Shown here one piece after another: positions 1 to 8,489 of a stretch of DNA of 64,000 nt. Every line of letters starts with the position of its first letter. Position 1 is the first letter of the stretch. This DNA comes from Mycobacterium phage prophiT46-2: the sequence record OQ417970.1; one strand, given 5' to 3'. Position numbers and translations under genes: made by a program. The notes under the pieces are model-generated. The model was not told where the DNA came from and ran no database searches. It saw only the letters and a list, made by a program, of their open reading frames with translations.

Positions 1-28
1 AGGGGTTCGATTCCCCTTAGCTCCACCA
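1..28 (+). tRNA. 3' end of a tRNA gene (T-arm, acceptor 3' strand, discriminator, CCA); 5' part lies outside the window; probable phage attachment (attL) region
   Basis: AGGGG-TTCGATT-CCCCT T-stem/loop with the canonical GGTTCGATTCC motif, then 7-nt acceptor strand TAGCTCC, discriminator A and CCA; immediately followed by an integrase gene. Confidence 0.7.
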
Positions 29-95
29 CTTGACCTGGTAAAACAGGTCCTGAAAAAAAGTTTCAACAAGTTTTTCAACGCATGGCCGGTCTACG

Positions 96-1229
96 ATGTC
101 GACCATGGCATCGGTCCGCAAGCCTCGCACCCTCAAAGACGGTTCTCAGGTATGGGACGTCAACTTCCGTATCGACGGCCGTCAGTCGTCAACCAGCTGG
201 GACACCCTGAGTGCTGCCGAGGCGTTCAAGGCAGCAGTTGACGCACATGGTGCGGCGCGCGCGTGTGAGCTGTACAGAATTGACCCCAATCCGCGGGCTC
301 GCACCCCATCTGCCGGGATCACTGTTGCCCAATGGGTCAGGCACCATATCGACCACCTGACGGGGCTCGACGGCTACACCATTTACAAGTACGAGGCTTA
401 CCTCAAGAACGACATCGCGCCCATCCTCGGGGATATCCCGATCACTGCACTTTCGGAGGAGGACATGTCGCTGTGGGTTAAGCACCTGGAGGAAACGCCC
501 ACCAAGAAGGGCACGAAGATCTCGCCCAAAACCTTGTCGAACAAGTACGGGTTCTTGTCGGGTTGCCTTAACGCTGCTGTGCCGAAACTCATCCCCCGCA
601 ACCCTGCAGCGGGCCGCAAGCTAAAACGAGCGGGCGGCGATGAAGACGATGATCACGACATCCAGATGCTCACGCATGAGCAGTTCGACCTCTTGCAGAA
701 CTCGACCACCGAATACTGGCGCGAGCTTCAGGAGTTCCTTGTCGCGTCTGGATGCCGGTGGAGTGAGGCCACTGCCTTGCAGCCGGCCGAACACATCGAC
801 AAGCGCAAGGGAACGGTCAAGATTCGGCAGGCGTGGAAGTATTCACCAGACAAGGGCTATTACCTTGGGCCCCCGAAGTCGAGACGCTCGCGGCGCGAAA
901 TCGACGTCCCCGACCACATCCTCTCGCGAGTGGACTTCTCAGAAGAGTGGATGTTCCGTAATCGCGCTGGGGGCCCTATCCGGTATCACGGATACCTCGA
1001 TCGGGTCTGGAACCCAGCTGTTGCGCGAGCAGGGCTGGTTCCGCGGCCGACACCGCACGATCTGCGCCACACGTGCGCTTCTTGGCTGCTGCTGGCGGGA
1101 GTGCCGATCACTGTGGTGTCGCGCCATCTGGGTCACGAGAACATCCAAACCACTGTTGATACATACGGAGACGTTGATCGGGCCAGTAGCAGGGCTGTCG
1201 CCGACATCATGGGTAAGACTCTCCGCTGA
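96..1229 (+). CDS. int: tyrosine integrase (phage integrase family)
   Basis: 377-aa ORF adjacent to the tRNA 3' end; C-terminal catalytic region HDLRHTCASWLL ... LGHENIQTTVDTYGDV typical of tyrosine recombinases (R-H-R-Y). Confidence 0.9.
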   Translation: MSTMASVRKPRTLKDGSQVWDVNFRIDGRQSSTSWDTLSAAEAFKAAVDAHGAARACELYRIDPNPRARTPSAGITVAQWVRHHIDHLTGLDGYTIYKYEAYLKNDIAPILGDIPITALSEEDMSLWVKHLEETPTKKGTKISPKTLSNKYGFLSGCLNAAVPKLIPRNPAAGRKLKRAGGDEDDDHDIQMLTHEQFDLLQNSTTEYWRELQEFLVASGCRWSEATALQPAEHIDKRKGTVKIRQAWKYSPDKGYYLGPPKSRRSRREIDVPDHILSRVDFSEEWMFRNRAGGPIRYHGYLDRVWNPAVARAGLVPRPTPHDLRHTCASWLLLAGVPITVVSRHLGHENIQTTVDTYGDVDRASSRAVADIMGKTLR

Positions 1230-1343
1230 GACCAGATCGTTACCTTAATTCAAGGTTTTCGGCCGGGTGACGGGGTGTAACGTTTTGTTCACTCCGGGGT
1301 GTGTCTAACTTTCAATTCCTTTACTTCGCAAAGGTTTTCACTG

Positions 1344-2078
1344 ATGCCTGCTGCTTTAGTCGCGTTTACCCTTGTCACGGTCTGTTGGTCTCTGTGGATC
1401 AGGCGTATGACGTGGACTCGCCATATGGAGGTCGCCGCTACCCTCAACATTGCGTTGCAGGGTGCGGCGATTTTTCTTATGTCCCCGTTGGCATCTCGAA
1501 CACTCGGGGTTTGGTTGCACGCGCCGACCGGGTGCTGGAATCTTGAGGATCTGATCGGCCATGATTGTTATGTTGTTGCGGCATCGGCGTTTTGCTATCA
1601 CATGATTATCCGGCTTGACCAGGAGCAGCTGAAACGCCGCTTCAAACTTCACGTTGAACTCCCCGCGACCCTTTGCTTACCGATCATGCTGGCACTCTTC
1701 ACTATCGGCAACAGTGCCAAGGTCTATAACGATGACTTCTTTCGCGTTGTTGCGGACGTGTCGCTAACCGCTTACTGGATCGTGCTCTGCGGAACGCTGA
1801 TGTACCTGCTGGGATACAGCATCTACTCGCTGATACCGATGTGGCGGGACCGGCCGGCGATCCGTGGGCTGTGTGGGTCCTACATGTTGGCCGCAGGGTT
1901 CGGCGTGGCCGCGTGCGTGGTCAGGATCGCGACGACATTCCTACCGCCCGAAATGCAAGACACCGCAGCGACTTCCCTGCCCGTGTGGTTCCTCGCGTGC
2001 TGCTGCGGATTGGGGTTCGCCGCGATCTCGGCTCATTCGTGGCTGGAGAAGAACCGCCTCACGGGGCGGGTGTATTAG
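1344..2078 (+). CDS. polytopic membrane protein of unknown function (candidate lysogen-expressed exclusion/defence factor); alternative start 1299
   Basis: About 245 aa with at least 6 hydrophobic helices (VAFTLVTVCWSLWI, IALQGAAIFLM, LCLPIMLALFTI, YWIVLCGTLMYLLGY, LAAGFGVAACVV, VWFLACCCGLGFAAI); sits between int and the repressor gene; no family recognised. Confidence 0.55.
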   Translation: MPAALVAFTLVTVCWSLWIRRMTWTRHMEVAATLNIALQGAAIFLMSPLASRTLGVWLHAPTGCWNLEDLIGHDCYVVAASAFCYHMIIRLDQEQLKRRFKLHVELPATLCLPIMLALFTIGNSAKVYNDDFFRVVADVSLTAYWIVLCGTLMYLLGYSIYSLIPMWRDRPAIRGLCGSYMLAAGFGVAACVVRIATTFLPPEMQDTAATSLPVWFLACCCGLGFAAISAHSWLEKNRLTGRVY

Positions 2079-2436
2079 GTCCGAACGTATCGGGGTGGAC
2101 AGGCGCGCGCTTGGTCGTCTTGGCAGGCCGCGCCTTAGTCTTTGTGCGGCCCTGGACTTTTGGGGCTTCTGAGCCCTCCACGAGGCGCTTCTGCAGCTCC
2201 GTCGCTAATTCCGTGGTGGTGATGCGGGAAATGTCGGGCCGGACAGAAACTTCACCAAGATCCTCGGGCCCGATAACTCCTGCGGCGGCGAGCGCTTCGA
2301 GGGTCACCAGGCCGAAGGCTTTGGCGAACTGAACCACCTTGTTGGGGTCGGGGCGTGATTGGCTCTCGCCCTTGATCCAGTTGGAGATCGTGTTGGCGCT
2401 AAGTCCGGCACGATTCCCGGCGGCCTCGTAGGTCAT
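2059..2436 (-). CDS. XRE-family HTH repressor (cI-like immunity repressor); longer alternative start at 2652
   Basis: HTH segment MTYEAAGNRAGLSANTISNWIKGESQSRPDPNKVVQFAKAFGL; ATG at 2436-2434 preceded by AAAGGA SD; the upstream 2437-2652 is full of palindromes, arguing it is the non-coding operator region; basic C-terminal tail. Confidence 0.65.
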   Translation of the reverse strand: MTYEAAGNRAGLSANTISNWIKGESQSRPDPNKVVQFAKAFGLVTLEALAAAGVIGPEDLGEVSVRPDISRITTTELATELQKRLVEGSEAPKVQGRTKTKARPAKTTKRAPVHPDTFGPNTPAP

Positions 2437-2760
2437 TCCTTTTGCTGCCGCCTCGACGAACGTAGACCACCGGGCGGCGTCGAAGTGTCCGTTCACGTTG
2501 CGAACTGTAATGCATTGCGTTGCGTCCACGCAACAAATTCGGCAAAGTTCACCGCCGTACCGCAACGCATTGCGTTTCGTAAACGCGCACGTTGCAGGCG
2601 GCGCTAGCCCAGCGTAGGCGCCATTCCTGCCATCAAAATGCCGTTGCGGCAACGCAACAAGGTGCGCGACACGCGGACGAAACGCGTTGCGTTTGATACC
2701 GCAACGCTCTACGGTTCACATCACAACAGAAACGCAATGCGATTCGGAAGTGGGCGCCGT
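2437..2760. promoter_or_regulatory. divergent immunity-region promoter/operator array: at least five imperfect palindromes built on the half-site (A)ACGCA / TGCGT(T)
   Basis: GTTGCGT-CC-ACGCAAC (2519-2534), AACGCA-T-TGCGTT (2564-2576), CGTTGC-G-GCAACG (2642-2654), AAACGC-GTT-GCGTTT (2680-2694), CGCA-A-TGCG (2733-2741), all between the divergent repressor and cro-like genes. Confidence 0.6.
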
Positions 2761-2994
2761 ATGGCAATCAGGTTCAAACGTCAGGGCCTCGACCTCATGC
2801 GTAAGCACAACGGGGGAGATCCCGGCGATATGCAGTTCGCTCGGGACATCGGCATGGACCGCGTCACGGTTTATCGCGTGCTCAATGGGCACGCAGATCC
2901 AGGCATCAAGTTCATCAACGGCGTTCTGAACGCGTACGGCGCTAAGCGGTTCAACGAGTTTTTCGAGGCAATCCCGGACGAGGCCGCATCGTGA
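2761..2994 (+). CDS. Cro-like HTH DNA-binding protein (alternative longer start 2638)
   Basis: Divergent from the repressor; HTH segment DMQFARDIGMDRVTVYRVLNG; 77 aa from the ATG at 2761. Confidence 0.55.
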   Translation: MAIRFKRQGLDLMRKHNGGDPGDMQFARDIGMDRVTVYRVLNGHADPGIKFINGVLNAYGAKRFNEFFEAIPDEAAS

Positions 2995-3281
2995 GCGACC
3001 GTATCGAGACATTCTCGTTGGCCCAGGTGGTGGCTGACGTGCTGCCCGAGGAATGGACCGATGGTGAGCGCTGGTTGCGGCGACGACTGAATCGCGGCGA
3101 GATCGAGGGCTACAAGGTTGGCCGCGAGTGGCGCTTCACGAAAGCCCAAGTTGATGCGCTGATCGCGCACTTCACTAACGCCAAAACGGAGGTGGCCGCG
3201 CCAGAGGAAGAGACCGAGTCCGAGGCGCCGCTGGCGCTGGGTCTCTCCGCGCGATCACGTCGACGGCTGGTGAACGCATGA
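2991..3281 (+). CDS. xis: excisionase-like / MerR-type HTH DNA-binding protein
   Basis: N-terminal FSLAQVVADVLPEEW ... RRRLNRGEIEGYKVGREWRFTKAQVDALI resembles the Xis/HTH_17 family; ATGA-type overlap with the upstream gene. Confidence 0.5.
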   Translation: MSDRIETFSLAQVVADVLPEEWTDGERWLRRRLNRGEIEGYKVGREWRFTKAQVDALIAHFTNAKTEVAAPEEETESEAPLALGLSARSRRRLVNA

Positions 3282-3655
3282 CCGCCCGCCCGGAAACGCT
3301 CGAGGCAGCATTGGCGGAACTCGACCGCGTGAGCGCCGACCGCGATCGGCTGCTGCAGAAGTTGGACGACGAGCCGGATTCAAAGAAGCTCATCCGCGAT
3401 CTTGCAGACCTGATTCGGAGCCATTACAACGCCGCCAGTACCAGTGGTCAGCGTGCCCTGGTCCTGAATCTTGGGCAACTGCTGCGGCAGTCCGGCGCGC
3501 TGGTCGATGCGTTGACGACTGAGCTGCAGCACTACGTGTCCGCTGAGTTCGCGGCGCCGTATGAGCGTGACGAACTGCAGGAGCGAATCGCCGAGTTGTC
3601 CGACGAGATCGCGGACCTGCGGACGCGCGAGTGCGCAAGGTCGGTGATCTTGTGA
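3278..3655 (+). CDS. hypothetical protein (coiled-coil)
   Basis: 125-aa ORF, GC3-rich codon usage, start overlaps the previous stop. Confidence 0.5.
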   Translation: MTARPETLEAALAELDRVSADRDRLLQKLDDEPDSKKLIRDLADLIRSHYNAASTSGQRALVLNLGQLLRQSGALVDALTTELQHYVSAEFAAPYERDELQERIAELSDEIADLRTRECARSVIL

Positions 3656-4122
3656 TCGCCGCCGATAGCGCACTGGGAATCGTATTCGGGCTGGCTGCCG
3701 AGTTCCTGCGTGGTGCAGCGGCTTCCGTCGCGACGGTATGCCAGCGGCTTGCCGAGCAGCGCTCGGAGCCGCCGAAGCTGCTGGCTGCTGCGCCTGATGA
3801 AAACCCGCTCATGGACTTGGTTGACGCCGAGGTTCATTGCCCGGATTGCAACTGCCCCACCGTCTGTGGGTGCGGACGCGAGCTGTACATGGAGCGCGCG
3901 AATACGGATGGGCTTCCGATGTGGTTCCACCGTGACGACGATTCACCGATCACTCAGCGGTGCGCGGACATTCGGGACAGCCTGGCAGATGCACCGGTCT
4001 CACACACCGATCTTGCCGCGTGCATCACCAGGGTCTGGGTCGGGGGAACTCACCTCGGATACATCTGGGGCGATCCCATCGCCAGCGCTCTGCTGGCGGA
4101 TTACCGCATCACCAAGAAGTAA
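3631..4122 (+). CDS. hypothetical protein with a Cys cluster (HCPDCNCPTVCGCG)
   Basis: 163-aa ORF in the early operon; possible zinc-binding motif. Confidence 0.45.
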   Translation: MRKVGDLVIAADSALGIVFGLAAEFLRGAAASVATVCQRLAEQRSEPPKLLAAAPDENPLMDLVDAEVHCPDCNCPTVCGCGRELYMERANTDGLPMWFHRDDDSPITQRCADIRDSLADAPVSHTDLAACITRVWVGGTHLGYIWGDPIASALLADYRITKK

Positions 4123-4152
4123 GCCCCGCTGCTGGAACAGCGGGGCCAGGCA

Positions 4153-4464
4153 ATGGATCACAACGGAGAGAGGAACCCAATGCCAACCATGGAGTCTACC
4201 CACGAGATCAAGGAACGCGAGGACGGTGCTCTGGTCGCGTACGTCGAGCGGGCGCTGGGGCCGAGTCAGGTGGGTGTTGCGATGCCACATCCTGCCGGTG
4301 ACGGATGGCTGACGATCCTGTGGGACGAGAAGGCCCAGAGTGCGGAATTCACGGCGCACGCTGCCGGTTCACGTTGCGACGAGAAGGCGCGGGAAGCCGC
4401 CCGCCAGCTGCTCGAATTTCACGCCGCAATCATCGCGCGTCTTGTTGCGGCGGTGGAGAAGTGA
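4153..4464 (+). CDS. hypothetical protein
   Basis: 103-aa ORF with SD-like GGAGAGAGG upstream. Confidence 0.45.
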   Translation: MDHNGERNPMPTMESTHEIKEREDGALVAYVERALGPSQVGVAMPHPAGDGWLTILWDEKAQSAEFTAHAAGSRCDEKAREAARQLLEFHAAIIARLVAAVEK

Positions 4465-4850
4465 GCGCCACGGCAGTGCGGCGCGTTCTGATCGGGATGC
4501 TCACGGGCGCGGTGCTGGCAATGGCTGCGGTCGGGTACGCCCAGCGCGCGCATGCCGCACCGAACGACGGCTGCGAGACAGTGAGCTGGGGCATGTTCGG
4601 CAGCCAGTTGCGAACGATCTGCGACGGCCCGAAACGCCCTGACGGCAGCTGGATTCGGGAGCGCCGGATTTGGACGGCCGCCGGATGGGTGCGGGGCAGC
4701 ACCTACTGCGGCTACTACTCGTGCACTCGCAGCGAGGGCTACTACCGCCAGGAAAGCACGCAGGGCTACGAGAAGTACCTGGTGTTCGACTACAACGTGG
4801 TTCCCGGTGAGCCGGATTGGCTGCCGGCTGGAACGGTGGTCGTCCGGTGA
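4461..4850 (+). CDS. small secreted Cys/Tyr-rich protein (signal peptide)
   Basis: GTG 4461 overlapping the upstream stop (GTGA); N-terminal RRVLIGMLTGAVLAMAAVGYAQRAHA signal-like segment; 6 Cys in the mature part. Confidence 0.45.
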   Translation: MSATAVRRVLIGMLTGAVLAMAAVGYAQRAHAAPNDGCETVSWGMFGSQLRTICDGPKRPDGSWIRERRIWTAAGWVRGSTYCGYYSCTRSEGYYRQESTQGYEKYLVFDYNVVPGEPDWLPAGTVVVR

Positions 4851-5104
4851 CGGCGCTGCAGCCGGTTTGGACACCGGACGATTTCGATGACACCTGCGCT
4901 GCGGTGGCTCTGCAGGAGCCGGTGATGCTGCCGGTGCAGAACCGGGCGCAACTGCTGGACAAGGTGTTGGCGGAGCTGCAGATCGAGGTCGAGCGCCCCT
5001 CTGTGGTGCCGCCCGCGACCAGGGGACGTCGGTACCGAGGGCAGCACCGCGCCAACAAGTTGCGCCTGACCGTTGCGGATCTTCGGGACGGCGGTGCCCG
5101 ATGA
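4847..5104 (+). CDS. hypothetical protein
   Basis: GTGA overlap with the previous gene; alternative ATG at 4817. Confidence 0.4.
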   Translation: MTALQPVWTPDDFDDTCAAVALQEPVMLPVQNRAQLLDKVLAELQIEVERPSVVPPATRGRRYRGQHRANKLRLTVADLRDGGAR

Positions 5105-5388
5105 GCGGGGAACCTATTGGCGAGGTTGAACTCAGCAGCGGCGCCGTCTACGTCTGGGTCAGCTTGGACTCGGGCAAGACGATCATGCGTATCAGCGACC
5201 GGCATGGCCGAAGTGATGCCGGGGCATTGAGGCCGGACGAGATCGCGCAAGTCGTTGAGCTGCTGGAGCGGGCTCGGCAGGTTGCGCCTGCAATCCTGGC
5301 CGCTCACAAGGTGCGCCAGCGCGCCGTCATGACTGCCGAAGCCACGTACGAGCGGATCGTGGCGAGAGCAGTAGGCGGTGCTCGGTGA
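5101..5388 (+). CDS. hypothetical protein
   Basis: ATGA overlap; 95 aa. Confidence 0.45.
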   Translation: MSGEPIGEVELSSGAVYVWVSLDSGKTIMRISDRHGRSDAGALRPDEIAQVVELLERARQVAPAILAAHKVRQRAVMTAEATYERIVARAVGGAR

Positions 5389-5657
5389 GGCGGCCAGGGG
5401 TGGATCAGTCGTACGAAACCGACCTCGATCGTGTGGCTGAGGATGCGCTCGACCTTGTCGAAAGGCTTCGTGAGGACGATCCACGCCGGGTGTTTGAGCA
5501 GCTTCGGCTCCTGGCAGAGCTGCACCCGGCCAAGTATGCGCAGATCACTATGACGCTCGCGGCGTTCGTCAATCCCGACGAGGGCACGGTTGCGTTACAG
5601 CGCCGGGTCGACGCCATCGCAGAAAACCGCGCTCGCCTCTCGGTGTTGGCGTCATGA
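5385..5657 (+). CDS. hypothetical protein
   Basis: GTGA overlap; 90 aa. Confidence 0.4.
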   Translation: MRRPGVDQSYETDLDRVAEDALDLVERLREDDPRRVFEQLRLLAELHPAKYAQITMTLAAFVNPDEGTVALQRRVDAIAENRARLSVLAS

Positions 5658-5839
5658 CGCGCGCACTGGCGGTCGCCGCCTGGGTGTTCGGGCTGGTGGC
5701 GTGGGCCGCACTCGTCATGTTCTGCATCGAACTGTTTGCGGTCGCCCTGTTGCTTTGCGCCGCATCGATCTTGCTGTGGGGTCTCCGGCTTTACCCGGAC
5801 CCTGCCGACCGATCAGAAGAGACAGGGGTGAACCGGTGA
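5654..5839 (+). CDS. small membrane protein (1-2 TM)
   Basis: ATGA overlap; hydrophobic WVFGLVAWAALVMFCIELFAVALLLCAASILLWGL. Confidence 0.4.
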   Translation: MTRALAVAAWVFGLVAWAALVMFCIELFAVALLLCAASILLWGLRLYPDPADRSEETGVNR

Positions 5840-5991
5840 TGGCGTACGAGTACGAGGCCGAGGAGTGGCGCGCTGCCACGCACACGATGACGGAAATGGA
5901 GCGCGCCGCAGCGGATGTCGCGCGGCGCGGAGCGCTCGGCATGGCCGGTGACCGCACGGACGCTCTCGACGAAGTGGGGAGCTACCAGTGA
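5839..5991 (+). CDS. small hypothetical protein (50 aa)
   Basis: ATG overlapping the upstream TGA; ends with an ATGA-type overlap into the exonuclease gene. Confidence 0.3.
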   Translation: MAYEYEAEEWRAATHTMTEMERAAADVARRGALGMAGDRTDALDEVGSYQ

Positions 5992-6995
5992 CCGATACTC
6001 CTTTTTGGGCCAACTATGCCGAGCTGGCTGGTGACTACAAGGATCGTGACGAGTGGCTTGAGTTGCGGCGCACTGGTATCGGTTCGTCGGACTGCTCAGC
6101 AGTTCTTGGGATGGGCAAGTACGGTTCGCCGTTCTCCGTGTGGGTGGAGAAGACAGGCCGAGCCCGCCCGGAGGACGAGACCGAGGCGATGATGTGGGGC
6201 ACGCTGCTGGAGCCCGTGATCCGCGAGGAGCTGGCCCGCCGCCTCAACGTGGAAATCCTTGAGTGCAAGACGCTGCGGTCGCTGGTGCGGCCCTGGCAGC
6301 TGTACAACCCGGACGGTCTGATCCTCTCGCTCAACGCCCTCGTAGAGATCAAAAATGCGTCGGCATGGCTGGCATCTGACTGGGAAGACCAGGTGCCAGA
6401 TCACGCGGAACTGCAGGTGCAGCACGGGATGGCGGTCACGGGCGCTGACGGGGCTTACGTGGCCGGCCTGGTGGGTGGAAATCGGTTGCGCTGGGAGTAC
6501 ATCCCGCGTGACGAGGACCTGATCGCCACGATCAATCAGGCCGAGCAGCACCTATGGGAGACATACATCATCCCCGATGTCGCACCCCCGATCGACGGCT
6601 CGGACGCAACCGCGGAGGCCATCGCCGCACGCTGGCCGCGGCAGCCGGGAGTGGAGCTAATCGCAGAAGACCCCGCCTCGGTGGCCGATGCCGTCTCGGC
6701 CTATCGCTGCGCCCTCACGCAGGAGAAGGCGTCGAAGGTGGCCAAAGCAGAAGCGGTGAACCGGTTAGCCGCGCTGCTGCAGGGCGCTGACGTGCTCACA
6801 GATGAGGTGGGCAACAAGTTGGTTGCACTCAAACGAGGCCAGTTCCGAGAGAAGGAATTCCGCGCTGAGGAGCCTGACGCGGACCTGTGGCTCCACAAGG
6901 TCGAGGTCGTCGACCGTGACCTCCTCAAGTCCGAAAACCCCGAGCTATATCGGCGTTTTCAATCCACATCCATCTACATACCGAAAGGGAAATAA
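5988..6995 (+). CDS. YqaJ-like viral recombinase exonuclease (RecE/lambda-Exo-like PD-(D/E)XK)
   Basis: N-terminal YqaJ-like segment GIGSSDCSAVLGMGKYGSPFSVWVEKTG ... WGTLLEPVIREEL; immediately upstream of a RecT gene. Confidence 0.8.
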   Translation: MTDTPFWANYAELAGDYKDRDEWLELRRTGIGSSDCSAVLGMGKYGSPFSVWVEKTGRARPEDETEAMMWGTLLEPVIREELARRLNVEILECKTLRSLVRPWQLYNPDGLILSLNALVEIKNASAWLASDWEDQVPDHAELQVQHGMAVTGADGAYVAGLVGGNRLRWEYIPRDEDLIATINQAEQHLWETYIIPDVAPPIDGSDATAEAIAARWPRQPGVELIAEDPASVADAVSAYRCALTQEKASKVAKAEAVNRLAALLQGADVLTDEVGNKLVALKRGQFREKEFRAEEPDADLWLHKVEVVDRDLLKSENPELYRRFQSTSIYIPKGK

Positions 6996-7000
6996 CCACC

Positions 7001-8053
7001 ATGGCAAGAGATCTGGCACGACGCGCACAACAGTCGGTCGCCCAGCAGGGTGGCGGAGAGTCGCTACAGACCCAGCTCGCGAAGATGGAGACGCAGTTTC
7101 AGCGGGCCATGCCGCGAGGAGTGGAAGCCGTACAGCTGATCCGCGACGTGATGACGTGTGTGAAGCAGACTCCGAAGCTGGCGGAGTGCGACCCGGTATC
7201 GGTGTTGGGATCGGCGATGACATGCGCACAGCTAGGTTTGCGTCCGGGTGTGGGCGCATTGGGCCACGCGTGGATTTTGCCATTCTGGGACAGCAAGACT
7301 CGCGGCCAAAAGGCCCAACTGATCATCGGCTACAAGGGCTATGTCGAGCTCGGTCACCGCTCCGAGCAGATCGCCTCACTGCACTCGCGGATTGTGTACA
7401 GCAACGATCAGTTCGAGGTCGAATACGGTGCGGCCGAGGATAAATGGGTGCACCGCCCGAACCTGGACGGCCCGCGTGGTGATGCCCGCCTGTTCTACGC
7501 GGTTGGTCGTCTAGCCAACGGCGGTTACTCGCTGACCGATCCGATGACGGTCGCGGACATGGAGGAACATCGAGACAAGTTCGCCATGGCCAAGACCCGC
7601 GAAGGCAAGATCATCGGTCCGTGGTCGGATCATTTCGACGCCATGGGCAAAAAGACGATGCTGTTGCGGCTGATGGCGTTGATGCCGAAGTCGACGGAGA
7701 TTCAGCGGGCCATCGACAACGACGGCAGTGTGCGCCTGGATCTTTCTGAGGGTGCGATCGACAGCCCGACCCATATCGACGGTGAGGTTGTCGGTGAGCC
7801 GGTGGACGAACCGACACCCGAGCGGGAGTCAATCGATGTTCGCGGCCCAGTCGAGGACGTCCTGATGGCGACGGGTCAGCAGCTGACTCGGTTGGCGCAG
7901 ATCCGGAAAGAGCAGGGCTTCGGCGGTGACGATTCCGGCTGGTTCGACTACGTGCTGTCGGCTACCCAGGCGCAGGTCAGCCGAGACCAGGACCTGACCG
8001 AGGAACAGGCTCAGTCGTTGATCGACCTGTTCAACGAGGACGTGAAGAAGTGA
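7001..8053 (+). CDS. recT: RecT-family single-strand annealing recombinase
   Basis: 350 aa; RecT-like core (LGLRPGVGALGHAWILPFWDSKTRGQKAQLIIGYKGY); paired with the upstream exonuclease as in RecET / Che9c gp60-gp61-type modules. Confidence 0.8.
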   Translation: MARDLARRAQQSVAQQGGGESLQTQLAKMETQFQRAMPRGVEAVQLIRDVMTCVKQTPKLAECDPVSVLGSAMTCAQLGLRPGVGALGHAWILPFWDSKTRGQKAQLIIGYKGYVELGHRSEQIASLHSRIVYSNDQFEVEYGAAEDKWVHRPNLDGPRGDARLFYAVGRLANGGYSLTDPMTVADMEEHRDKFAMAKTREGKIIGPWSDHFDAMGKKTMLLRLMALMPKSTEIQRAIDNDGSVRLDLSEGAIDSPTHIDGEVVGEPVDEPTPERESIDVRGPVEDVLMATGQQLTRLAQIRKEQGFGGDDSGWFDYVLSATQAQVSRDQDLTEEQAQSLIDLFNEDVKK

Positions 8054-8463
8054 GCGCCACATTCACTGCGGTCGGCACATTCACCGTCATCTACTGCGGG
8101 CACGAGGGCTGCGGAGTTCCGTTCGCGCTCCATGATGAATTCATCCGTCAGCGCCGAGAGGACCACAAGACGTGGTACTGCCCGAACGGCCACCCGCGGT
8201 ACTACCCGCGTGAGAACGAGACCGAGAAGGCCAAGGCGGCGGTCAGACGGTTGGAGCGGCAGCTGGCCAACCGGGACGAGGATCTGCGCGCAGCCAAGGT
8301 TGCGCACGCGGTCACAAAGGGCAAGTTGACGAAGACCCGCAACCGCATCGCCAAGGGCGTATGCCCCTGCTGTAACAGGTCATTCGTCAACCTCGGCAAG
8401 CACATGGCAGGCCAGCACCCGGACTTCGGTGCCGCTGAAAACGCCGGCACCACAACTCGATAA
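8050..8463 (+). CDS. zinc-ribbon protein
   Basis: CGHEGCG ... WYCPNGH ... CPCCNRSF Cys/His clusters; 137 aa. Confidence 0.5.
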   Translation: MSATFTAVGTFTVIYCGHEGCGVPFALHDEFIRQRREDHKTWYCPNGHPRYYPRENETEKAKAAVRRLERQLANRDEDLRAAKVAHAVTKGKLTKTRNRIAKGVCPCCNRSFVNLGKHMAGQHPDFGAAENAGTTTR

Positions 8464-8489
8464 CCATCCTCGGAAGGAACACACCAATC

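Noticed and set aside
2638-2760. Longer N-terminal extensions of both the repressor (to 2652) and cro-like (from 2638) ORFs
   Set aside because: The extensions run through the palindromic operator array and are Arg-rich; internal ATGs with SD sequences give typical-size HTH proteins
4501-5484. 327-aa - strand ORF across several small early genes
   Set aside because: Arg/Pro-rich, crosses multiple translationally coupled + strand genes
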